DNA of 64,000 nt from Rikenellaceae bacterium. GTDB lineage: Bacteria > Bacteroidota > Bacteroidia > Bacteroidales > Rikenellaceae. The position numbers and the translations under genes were made by a program. Within the stretch, counting starts at the first letter, position 1, and every line of letters starts with the position of its first letter. Below, piece by piece: positions 56,268-64,000 of the stretch. The DNA lies in contig SUZH01000006.1 of the NCBI GenBank assembly GCA_015060045.1, positions 53,354 through 117,353 of the forward strand, in the 5' to 3' direction. The notes under the pieces were generated by a model, which saw only the letters and a program-made list of their open reading frames with translations, did no database searches and was not told the origin of the DNA.

Positions 56268-57488
56268 ATGGAGAAACGCTCAATGTTTAAGAATAAGAAC
56301 GGGATCAACTACTTTGTCCCGTTCTTGTTGATTGCTACGCTCTACCTCTTGTGGGGCTTGGCACATGGCCTGCTGGATGTACTGAACAAGCACTTCCAGG
56401 AGGTGTTCGATATGTCGAAGGCCGAGTCGGGCTTTGTGCAGTTCTCGGTCTATATCGGCTACTTTGTGATGGCCCTGCCAGCAGGCTGGGTGATGCGCAA
56501 GGTGGGTTATAAACGCGGCATCATCACCGGTCTGTTGATCTTTGCGCTGGGTGCCCTGTTGTTCGTGCCCGCCTCGTTTATCCACTCGCCCCTGCCCTTC
56601 TTTGCCGCGCTCTTTATCTTGGCGTGTGGTCTGTGTCTGATTGAAAATGGCGCACACCCCTGCGCCACGGGTATGGGTCCCGAGGAGTTTGCCGCCCAGC
56701 GTATCAACATCGCGGCCGCCTTCAACGGCGTGGGCTGGATCATCGGCCCGCTGATTGGCGGACTGCTGATCTTTGGCGGTGACGGCTCGTCGATGGACCT
56801 TGCGAAGCCCTATATATTAGTAGGTATCTTCGTGCTCCTGGTTTGCGTCGTCTTTGCCTTTACGCGCATCCCCGAGAAGGAGATGGAGCAGGACGAGGTG
56901 GAGAATGCCGCGCTGGAGGGTACGGCCGAGGGCTCGGTATGGAGTCACAAACACTTCAAGTGGGCACTCTTGGCGCAGTTCCTCTATGTGGGTGCACAGA
57001 CCGGTATCGGTAGCTACTTCGTGAACTATGTGCTGGAGCTCGACCCGATGATGTCGAAGCAGACCGCAGCCCTTATGCTCTCGATGGGCGGCATGGGCCT
57101 CTTTTTTGTGGGTCGTTTGCTCTCGTCGCTCTTCATGCGCTGGATCTCGCCGGGTCGTCTGTTGGCCCTCTTTGGCGCTTTTGGCACGATCTGCATGGCG
57201 CTGGTAATCCTCTCGATGGGCAAGATCTCGCTTGCCGCCCTCTTCCTTTCGTTCTTCTTCATGTCCACGATGTTCCCCACGATCTTCGCGTTGGGCGTCA
57301 AGGGTATGGGCGCCGAGACGAAGCGCGCCTCGTCGTATCTGGTGATGTGCATCGTCGGCGGTGCCGTTTTCCCGATCGTAATGGGTCTCTTGGGCAAAAC
57401 GAGCATGGCCGCCGGCTTTACGCTGCCGCTTGTGGCCTTTGCTTACATTACGCTCTTTGGCGTGATGAATGCCTTCAAGAAGAGTTGA
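56268..57488 (+). CDS. fucP: FucP-family L-fucose/6-deoxyhexose:H+ symporter (MFS)
   Basis: 406 aa with 12 TM segments. The N-terminal FVPFLLIATLYLLWGLAHGLLDVLNKHFQ is typical of the family. Confidence 0.82.
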   Translation: MEKRSMFKNKNGINYFVPFLLIATLYLLWGLAHGLLDVLNKHFQEVFDMSKAESGFVQFSVYIGYFVMALPAGWVMRKVGYKRGIITGLLIFALGALLFVPASFIHSPLPFFAALFILACGLCLIENGAHPCATGMGPEEFAAQRINIAAAFNGVGWIIGPLIGGLLIFGGDGSSMDLAKPYILVGIFVLLVCVVFAFTRIPEKEMEQDEVENAALEGTAEGSVWSHKHFKWALLAQFLYVGAQTGIGSYFVNYVLELDPMMSKQTAALMLSMGGMGLFFVGRLLSSLFMRWISPGRLLALFGAFGTICMALVILSMGKISLAALFLSFFFMSTMFPTIFALGVKGMGAETKRASSYLVMCIVGGAVFPIVMGLLGKTSMAAGFTLPLVAFAYITLFGVMNAFKKS

Positions 57489-57506
57489 GAGTTAATAAGT
57501 AAACAA

Positions 57507-57562
57507 CTCAATAAAAAAGGGAGATAGCACCGGTTATGCTATCTCCCAATTTTTTTGTTGAG
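57507..57562. terminator. Bidirectional terminator between the convergent fucP and ahcY genes; second copy of the element at 29637-29693
   Basis: The sequence is ctcaataaaaaagggagatagc-accggttat-gctatctcccaatttttttgttgag, followed by the conserved cggatg. Confidence 0.8.
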
Positions 57563-57574
57563 CGGATGTTAGTA

Positions 57575-57619
57575 AGCAATAACTTTCAACTCTCAACTTT
57601 TAACTTTTAACTTTCCACT
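57575..57619 (-). repeat. Heptanucleotide array (minus strand: gaaagtt aaaagtt aaaagtt gagagtt gaaagtt) directly after the ahcY stop
   Basis: Read directly. On the minus strand TAA, TAA, TGA, TGA occur at 7-nt spacing. Confidence 0.85.
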
Positions 57620-59029
57620 TTAATAGCGGTAGTGCTCGGCCTTATAGGGACCCTCCTGCTTGACACCGATGTAATCAGCCTGCGCCTCGGTGAGCTGCGT
57701 CAGCTCCACGCCGAGGTTATCAAGGTGCAAGCGAGCTACCTCCTCATCGAGGTGCTTCGGCAGACGGTAAACGCCCACCTCGAGGTTCTTCTCCCACAGT
57801 TCGATCTGCGCCAAGCACTGGTTCGTAAACGAGTTCGACATCACGAACGAGGGGTGACCCGTAGCGCAACCGAGGTTCACCAGACGCCCCTCGGCCAAGA
57901 TAAAGATCGAGTGACCATCCGCGAAGGTGTACTTATCGACCTGGGGCTTAATCTCCGTACGTACGGCACCCGAGGCGTTCAGGCGTGCCATCTGGATCTC
58001 GTTATCGAAGTGGCCGATGTTGCAGACAATAGCCTGATCGCGCATCTTCTCCATGTGCTCCAGCGTGATGATATCGCGGTTACCCGTGCAGGTTACATAG
58101 ATGTTACCCTCCTCCAGCGCGCTCTCAACGGTCTTCACCTCGAAGCCCTCCATGGCGGCCTGCAGAGCGCAGATCGGGTCGATCTCGGTCACAATCACGC
58201 GCGCACCATACGAGCGCATCGAACGGGCACAACCCTTACCTACGTCACCATAACCGCAAACAACAACCACCTTACCGGCGATCATCACATCCGTGGCGCG
58301 CTTGATACCGTCGGCCAGCGACTCGCGGCAACCGTAGAGGTTGTCGAACTTCGACTTCGTGCACGAATCGTTTACGTTGATGGCAGGCACGAGCAACTCG
58401 CCGGCCTCCTGCATCTGGTAGAGGCGGTGAACACCCGTCGTGGTCTCCTCGCTCACGCCCTTCCACGCCTCGACCGTGCGATGCCACTTGCCGTGGTCTT
58501 CCGAAAGAATCTTTTTCAGCGTAGCCAGGATTACCTCCTCCTCATACGACGAAGGCTCATAGTCGAGCGTCGAGGCATCCTTCTCGGCCTTGAAACCCTT
58601 ATGGATCAAGAGCGTTGCATCGCCACCATCATCCACGATCAGCTGCGGGCCCTTCCCGTCGGGGAACGACATGGCCATCGCCGTGCACCACCAATACTCC
58701 TCGAGCGTCTCACCCTTCCAGGCGAAGACGGGCACACCGCGCTCAGCAATGGCGGCAGCAGCGTGGTCCTGCGTCGAGAAGATGTTGCACGAACACCAAC
58801 GCACCTCGGCACCCAGCTCCACCAGCGTCTCGATCAAAACGGCCGTCTGGATGGTCATGTGCAGCGAACCCATGATGCGTACCCCTTTCAAGGGCTTCTT
58901 CGGGCCATACTTCTTGCGTACAGCCATCAGGCCGGGCATCTCGTGCTCCGAGACCTCAATCTCCTTGCGACCCCACTCGGCAAGGCTCATATCGGCCACC
59001 TTGTAGGGCAAAGTCAAATCCAAAAACAT
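57620..59029 (-). CDS. ahcY: Adenosylhomocysteinase (S-adenosyl-L-homocysteine hydrolase)
   Basis: From the internal ATG at 59029 the product is [36 protein letters not shown]... The NAD site is [12 protein letters not shown]. Length is 469 aa. The ORF is open upstream into the riboflavin-kinase segment. Confidence 0.9.
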   Translation of the reverse strand: MFLDLTLPYKVADMSLAEWGRKEIEVSEHEMPGLMAVRKKYGPKKPLKGVRIMGSLHMTIQTAVLIETLVELGAEVRWCSCNIFSTQDHAAAAIAERGVPVFAWKGETLEEYWWCTAMAMSFPDGKGPQLIVDDGGDATLLIHKGFKAEKDASTLDYEPSSYEEEVILATLKKILSEDHGKWHRTVEAWKGVSEETTTGVHRLYQMQEAGELLVPAINVNDSCTKSKFDNLYGCRESLADGIKRATDVMIAGKVVVVCGYGDVGKGCARSMRSYGARVIVTEIDPICALQAAMEGFEVKTVESALEEGNIYVTCTGNRDIITLEHMEKMRDQAIVCNIGHFDNEIQMARLNASGAVRTEIKPQVDKYTFADGHSIFILAEGRLVNLGCATGHPSFVMSNSFTNQCLAQIELWEKNLEVGVYRLPKHLDEEVARLHLDNLGVELTQLTEAQADYIGVKQEGPYKAEHYRY

Positions 59030-59404
59030 ACTCTCTCTATTTAATATTATCTCTTTATCTTTTTTGAGTTGGGCCTGTAGCTCCTCCATCGACCCAAAAC
59101 GAATCTCATCGCGAATCTTCTCGATCAGGCGCACCCTAATCCGTGCCCCATACAAATCCCCCTCGAAATCGAAGAGGTGGCTCTCCAAACGTAACTCCTC
59201 ACCTCCGACCGAGGGATTACAACCCAGATTCGACATGGCACGCCACACCCCTTCGCAACCCTCGATCTCCACCTCCGAGCGATAGACGCCACGCGCAAGG
59301 GGCAACACCCCGCGAATAGGCAGATTGAGGGTCGGGAAGCCGATTCGCTGACCGATCTGGCGGCCACGTTCCACCACGCCGCAAATCACCACACCGCGTT
59401 TCAT
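59030..59404 (-). CDS. Stand-alone riboflavin kinase domain (RibF C-terminal type) with no stop codon of its own; in frame with ahcY
   Basis: Diagnostic blocks are [34 protein letters not shown] and [13 protein letters not shown]. The ATG at 59404 overlaps the stop of the upstream transporter gene (TGATG). Confidence 0.7.
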
Positions 59405-60510
59405 CAGATCTTCTCCGTAAGTTTACGCACCAGGCTAAATTGCGAGAAAAACTCCTTGGCAAAGACGCGCAGCACGGTATAGGCCGGAATGGCCAGCAGC
59501 ATGCCAATGATACCGGCCGCCGAACCGGCCACCAAGATCACAAGAAAGACCTCCAGCGGATGGGCCTTCACGCGCTCCGAATAGAGTGTCGGCTGCAGCA
59601 CGAAGTCATCGAGCGACTTGAGGGCCAGCAGCGAACAGATAATCACAGCCGCCGTATAGCCGATCGTCTGCCCCTCGATGGGCGACACAACACCCACAAA
59701 GACCGACAACACGCCACCAATCAGCGGACCGGCATAGGGGACAACATTCATCACACCCATCACCAGGCCGATAAAGGCAGCATCCTGCACCTTCATGCCG
59801 AAGATCGACATCGTCAGCGTCACGGCAATCATCAAGAGCAGGCTCTCGGTCAACAGACCACGGAAGTAGCGCGACAAAAGGTAGGTCACCTCATCCAGTG
59901 CGCGGGTAATATTCTCCGAGTAGCGCTCGGGGAAGACGGCCGTCACCATAGCGTAGAAGAGGCCATCCTCCTTGAGGAAGAAGAAGGTGATGAACGACAC
60001 AGAGAAGATCGCCACGGCCGACGAAAGCAGCAGCCCCACAATGGACGAGAAGAGGTGGTTGATCGACTCGAGGTCGATCCACGACTTGAGTTGCGAAATG
60101 AGTGCCTCCTGCAACGAGAACGAACCCACGGGCATGGCAAAGAGGTCCGAAAGGTAGTGTTGCAGGCGAGCCACCGGCTCCTCGATGTTGCTCACCACGG
60201 CGGCAAAATCGAGGTTCGAGAATTCGTAGACCTTGTCAAAGACCAGCGGCAGGAACAACATACCTACCACGGCGGCAATCGTCCAAATCACCATGAGCGT
60301 CAAGAGTGCTGCCAGCGGACGAGGCAACTGCCAATGCCGAATCCGCACCTGCGACAAGCGTCTGACGAGCGGACGCCCCATCACGGCCAGCACGGCCGAG
60401 ACGAGGATATAGATCACAATCGACGAGAAATACCACAACAAGAAGAGCGCCACAGCCGTCACAGCGGCTCCGGCCAAAAATTTCCAGATGGTTTGTGCAT
60501 TCATCGTCAT
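59404..60510 (-). CDS. AI-2E (PerM/UPF0118) family transporter
   Basis: 368 aa with ~8 TM segments and family-typical length and topology. Confidence 0.75.
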   Translation of the reverse strand: MTMNAQTIWKFLAGAAVTAVALFLLWYFSSIVIYILVSAVLAVMGRPLVRRLSQVRIRHWQLPRPLAALLTLMVIWTIAAVVGMLFLPLVFDKVYEFSNLDFAAVVSNIEEPVARLQHYLSDLFAMPVGSFSLQEALISQLKSWIDLESINHLFSSIVGLLLSSAVAIFSVSFITFFFLKEDGLFYAMVTAVFPERYSENITRALDEVTYLLSRYFRGLLTESLLLMIAVTLTMSIFGMKVQDAAFIGLVMGVMNVVPYAGPLIGGVLSVFVGVVSPIEGQTIGYTAAVIICSLLALKSLDDFVLQPTLYSERVKAHPLEVFLVILVAGSAAGIIGMLLAIPAYTVLRVFAKEFFSQFSLVRKLTEKI

Positions 60511-60533
60511 CTTCCTTTATTTTTTTTGGCGTG

Positions 60534-61214
60534 TTACTCGGTAACGGTCTTGTGCAGGCGGGCAATCGGCGTCTGCGAACCTACCACGGCATCGCCAATC
60601 TCTACAAGCACCGTGCTATCCTTCGGCACCAGCACATCGACACGCGAGCCGAACTTAATAAAACCTGCCACCGAGTTCTGCTCTACGGTGCTGCCCACCT
60701 TCATGTACGACACGATGCGGCGAGCCACCAGACCGGCAATCTGACGGAACAAGACGGGACGGCCATCGGCCATACGCACCACGGTCGTCGTACGCTCATT
60801 CTCGGTCGAGGACTTCGGATGCCATGCCACAAGGAAGCGGCCCGGATGGTACTTGAAGTACTCCACCACGCCACCCACGGGCACCCAGTTCATGTGGACA
60901 TTGGTCACCGACATGAAGATCGAGATCTGCAACATCTCCTGCTTCAGATGCTCGTCCTCCATCACCACTTCGGTCACCACCACGCGACCATCGCAAGGCG
61001 AGAATACAAGGTCAGCATCATGGATGCGAACACGGCGCGGCTCACGGAAGAAGGCCACGATAAAGGCCCAGAAACAGAGCAGGAAGAGCGTGGCGGCCAC
61101 AATCAGCAACGAGCTTTCACGGCTCATCAGCAACCAATAGAAGATCAGCCAGATCAAGAGGCAGATCAAACCCGATACGGCAATAATGCGATATCCTTCT
61201 TTATTGATTTTCAT
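60534..61214 (-). CDS. psd: Phosphatidylserine decarboxylase proenzyme (membrane-anchored short type)
   Basis: Diagnostic features are the SPCDG block, NVHMNWVP, and the self-cleavage-site region GFIKFGSRVD. Confidence 0.88.
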   Translation of the reverse strand: MKINKEGYRIIAVSGLICLLIWLIFYWLLMSRESSLLIVAATLFLLCFWAFIVAFFREPRRVRIHDADLVFSPCDGRVVVTEVVMEDEHLKQEMLQISIFMSVTNVHMNWVPVGGVVEYFKYHPGRFLVAWHPKSSTENERTTTVVRMADGRPVLFRQIAGLVARRIVSYMKVGSTVEQNSVAGFIKFGSRVDVLVPKDSTVLVEIGDAVVGSQTPIARLHKTVTE

Positions 61215-61231
61215 AGTATTATGCGTTTCGG

Positions 61232-62086
61232 TTAGAAGATGCAGATCATATAGACAAAGACAAACGGCGCGGAGAGCAGCATCGCATCAAAGCGATCCAG
61301 CACACCACCGTGGCCGGGAATCAGTGCGCCCGAGTCCTTCACCTCGGCCGCACGCTTGAACATCGACTCGACCAAATCACCCAAGACAGCCGTTACGACC
61401 GTCACCACGGCCAAACCGCACCACACCCAGGCGTTGTGCTCCAGCAGGTGGGCCGCTACCCAGCCGGCTACCACCGCACCGACCAAGCCACCGAAGAAGC
61501 CCTCCCACGACTTTTTGGGCGAGAGGCGCTCAAAAAGGCGATGACGGCCAAAAGCGATACCGAAGAGGTAGGCAAAGACATCATTCGACCAAACGATGGC
61601 TATATAGGCAATCAGCACCCAGGGATTCCAGCTCCACGTATCACCACCCAACACCGGGAAGTAGAGCAAGAGCGAAAGGGGCAGTGCCACGTAGAAGAGC
61701 GGGAGAATCGTCGTGGCGATATTGGCCGCGGGATTGGCCTGTTTGCGATAGAGCTCGCAAATAAACATCAGCGGGATGATGAGTGCAAAGAAGGCCAGCA
61801 CGGGCGCAAAATATTTTGAGCCCCCGTAAAGGATCTGAATATCATCGCTCACCAGCGCAAAGTTCAGCACAAAGAGCACCACGCAGGCGATCATACCCAG
61901 CCCACGCTGCGGTTGCAGACCCTGCTTCTCAATCAGTCTGTATAACTCCAGCACTCCTCCGACAAGCATCACCAGGAGCAATGCTCCGAGCGACCACTGC
62001 GACCACAAAATGGCGCCAAAGACCACTACAATAAGGCCGATGCCGCTAATACCGCGGATGACCAGGTTTTTCATTTTATCGTTCAT
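61232..62086 (-). CDS. cdsA: Phosphatidate cytidylyltransferase (CDP-diglyceride synthase)
   Basis: The family signature is SMFKRAAEVKDSGALIPGHGGVLDRFD. Confidence 0.9.
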   Translation of the reverse strand: MNDKMKNLVIRGISGIGLIVVVFGAILWSQWSLGALLLVMLVGGVLELYRLIEKQGLQPQRGLGMIACVVLFVLNFALVSDDIQILYGGSKYFAPVLAFFALIIPLMFICELYRKQANPAANIATTILPLFYVALPLSLLLYFPVLGGDTWSWNPWVLIAYIAIVWSNDVFAYLFGIAFGRHRLFERLSPKKSWEGFFGGLVGAVVAGWVAAHLLEHNAWVWCGLAVVTVVTAVLGDLVESMFKRAAEVKDSGALIPGHGGVLDRFDAMLLSAPFVFVYMICIF

Positions 62087-62130
62087 ATCAGGTTATGGGT
62101 TTTTCGGGGTTATTATTCATTCCTTGCGGT

Positions 62131-64000
62131 CTACTCCTGCGTAGCCGATTCGGGGGCAATCACCTCCGAAGGGCTCTCGGCCGACACCTCGGCCTCCAGC
62201 TCCTTGGGACGTTTGCCCAGGATACGCTCCACGTCTTCCGTAAAGATCACCTCACGCTCCAAGAGCAACTCGGCCAGCGCCTTCAGCCCCTCGCTGTGCT
62301 CCGTCAGCACCTCTTCGGCCATCTGATAAGCCCGATCGATCAAGGCGCGTGCCTCGCTGTCGATCGCCTCGGCCGTCTCGTTGGCATAGGGCTTCGTAAA
62401 GGCCATATCGCTCTGTCCCGTCGAGTCGTAGAACGAAAGGTTACCCACCTTCTCACTCATGCCGTAGTAGGCCACCATGGCGTAGGCCTGCTTCGTCACG
62501 CGCTCCAGATCGTTCAGTGCACCGGTCGAGATCTCGCCAAAAGTCAGCTGCTCCGACACGCGACCACCGAGCGTCGAGGCCATCTCATCCATGAGTTGCT
62601 CGCGCGTGGTGATCTGTCGCTCCTCGGGCAGGTACCAGGCAGCACCTAACGCCTTGCCACGCGGGATGATCGTCACCTTGATCAGCGGCGAGGCATGTTT
62701 CAAGAGCCAGCTCACCGTCGCATGACCCGCCTCGTGGTAGGCAATCTTGCGCTTCTCGGCATCGGTGATGATCTTATTCTTGCGTTCCAAACCACCGATG
62801 ATGCGGTCGATGGCAGCCAGGAAATCCTCCTTGGCGATCATCTTCTTCTCATGACGGGCCGCAATCAGCGCCGCCTCGTTGCAGACATTGGCGATGTCGG
62901 CGCCCGAGAAACCGGGAGTCTGACGTGCCAGGAACGAACGATCCAACTGCGGATCGAGCTTCAAGGGACGCAGATGCACCTCGAAGATCTCCTCGCGCTC
63001 CTTGACGTCGGGCAGACCCACCTCGATCTGGCGATCGAAACGACCGGCACGCATCAGCGCCTTATCCAAAATATCGGCACGGTTCGTAGCCGCGAGGACA
63101 ATCACACCTGCGTTGGTCTGGAAGCCGTCCATCTCCGTCAGGAGCTGGTTCAGCGTATTTTCGCGCTCGTCGTTACCCGAGAAACCGGCATTCTTGCCAC
63201 GGGCACGACCGATGGCGTCAATCTCATCAATAAAGACGATGCAGGGGGCCTTCTGCTTGGCCTGCTCGAAGAGGTCTCTTACGCGCGAAGCACCTACACC
63301 GACAAACATCTCGACAAAGTCCGAACCCGAAATCGAGAGGAACGGCACATTGGCCTCACCCGCCACGGCCTTTGCCAAGAGCGTTTTACCCGTTCCCGGA
63401 GGGCCAACCAGCAGCGCGCCCTTCGGAATCTTGGCACCCAGTTCGCGGTACTTTTCGGCATGCTTCAAGAAATCGACAATCTCCATAATCTCGACCTTGG
63501 CCTCCTCCAGTCCGGCCACATCCTTGAACGTGACGCGTTTCTTGTTATCCTTATCAAACACCTGTGCACGGGCCTTGCCGACATTCATGATACCGGCACC
63601 ACCACCGGCACCTCCGCCGCGCATCGAGCGCATCAGGAAGAACCAGAATCCAATAATAAGCAACCACGGCAGAATCGAGCCGACGATATTCATCCAATCG
63701 TTTTTCTCATTCTCGTAGACCACCGGAACGCGCTCGGCCGTCGCCTCCTCGACAGCCTTCAGGTCCTCGCGGAAAGCATCCACCGAGCCGATCGTAAAGT
63801 AGAGCTGAGCACCCGTGGCCGGCATGCGTTTCAGCGTCACATCCTCGCCATCGTGATACTTCTCAACGGCCTCCTTTTTCAGGAAGACCTCGGCTGTCTC
63901 ACGGTTCACCACGCGGATGCGCTCCACCTCGCCCTGCTCAACCATCTGCTCGACCATCGGCCAATCACCCTTCACCGGATCGCCGTTCTCCTGCGAGAGC
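62131..64000 (-). CDS. ftsH: ATP-dependent zinc metalloprotease FtsH; 5' end lies beyond the window
   Basis: It has Walker A GPPGTGKT, an AAA+ module and the zinc motif HEAGHA. The frame stays open from 63975 to the window edge (the track start is GTG). Confidence 0.92.
   Translation of the reverse strand, partial: LSQENGDPVKGDWPMVEQMVEQGEVERIRVVNRETAEVFLKKEAVEKYHDGEDVTLKRMPATGAQLYFTIGSVDAFREDLKAVEEATAERVPVVYENEKNDWMNIVGSILPWLLIIGFWFFLMRSMRGGGAGGGAGIMNVGKARAQVFDKDNKKRVTFKDVAGLEEAKVEIMEIVDFLKHAEKYRELGAKIPKGALLVGPPGTGKTLLAKAVAGEANVPFLSISGSDFVEMFVGVGASRVRDLFEQAKQKAPCIVFIDEIDAIGRARGKNAGFSGNDERENTLNQLLTEMDGFQTNAGVIVLAATNRADILDKALMRAGRFDRQIEVGLPDVKEREEIFEVHLRPLKLDPQLDRSFLARQTPGFSGADIANVCNEAALIAARHEKKMIAKEDFLAAIDRIIGGLERKNKIITDAEKRKIAYHEAGHATVSWLLKHASPLIKVTIIPRGKALGAAWYLPEERQITTREQLMDEMASTLGGRVSEQLTFGEISTGALNDLERVTKQAYAMVAYYGMSEKVGNLSFYDSTGQSDMAFTKPYANETAEAIDSEARALIDRAYQMAEEVLTEHSEGLKALAELLLEREVIFTEDVERILGKRPKELEAEVSAESPSEVIAPESATQE

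Noticed and set aside
9612-60744. Other very long antisense ORFs: 9612..12350, 12776..15391, the 5' part of 15788..18415, 19648..20379, 24838..26136, 31149..31961, 32217..33056, 39687..40988, 45140..46387, 47122..48219, 48707..49732, 49742..50809, 57632..59044 and 59440..60744
   Set aside because: Each lies opposite a gene with clear family motifs. Several run across two genes and their spacer, and all have the same Arg/His/Leu/Gly-rich shadow composition. They reflect strong GC3 codon bias, not overlapping genes.
1-64000. Defence systems, prophage, transposons or toxin-antitoxin pairs
   Set aside because: Every ORF above ~100 aa that is not an antisense shadow matches a metabolic, transport, envelope or housekeeping family. 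I saw no nuclease/ATPase/methylase clusters, integrases or transposases.

Overview
This is a chromosomal segment from a GC-rich member of Bacteroidales. That placement is an inference from three things: Sus-type outer-membrane genes, TAnnTTTG -7 promoter boxes, and the gene set of type-III glutamine synthetase, methylmalonyl-CoA mutase and a three-subunit fumarate reductase. Coding density is high, and every sizeable ORF can be assigned to a known family.

The left quarter (1-16813, minus strand) is one eight-gene Sus-like alpha-glucan utilisation locus: MFS importer, SusC, SusD, SusE-like, a 1227-aa SusE/F-like protein, a SusG-like GH13, a GH53-like hydrolase and a second GH13 that runs off the window edge. 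It faces a divergent LytS-like kinase, LytTR regulator and esterase operon.

The rest is mostly housekeeping:
- trkH with a short trkA
- purC
- tRNA-Leu(CAA)
- a SulP permease
- uvrC, a UbiA-type prenyltransferase and a CPBP protease
- MTHFS
- frdCAB
- a hydrolase, dehydrogenase and NadX-like trio
- two TlpA-like thioredoxins
- blaI and a blaR1-like gene
- a ComEA-like protein
- rpsU
- mutAB
- glnN
- a GH28
- nhaC and a flavoprotein
- a URO-D-like gene with rhaM and fucP
- an AI-2E-family transporter, a riboflavin-kinase domain and ahcY
- psd, cdsA and a partial ftsH

I found no transposase, integrase, CRISPR array, phage gene or recognisable defence gene.

The most interesting signals are:
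1. Four helically phased AlgR-like direct repeats (CCnTTCGTC) sit on the PUL promoter next to the LytS/LytTR genes. This suggests a LytTR-controlled PUL.
2. The SusE/F-like protein carries seven tandem CBM-like modules plus an orphan C-terminal domain.
3. A riboflavin-kinase domain reads in frame, without a stop codon, into ahcY.
4. Several families of short AT-rich intergenic repeats occur at gene ends, including a conserved ~140-bp palindromic terminator element present twice.

Many very long ORFs in the track are antisense shadows of real genes and were rejected.
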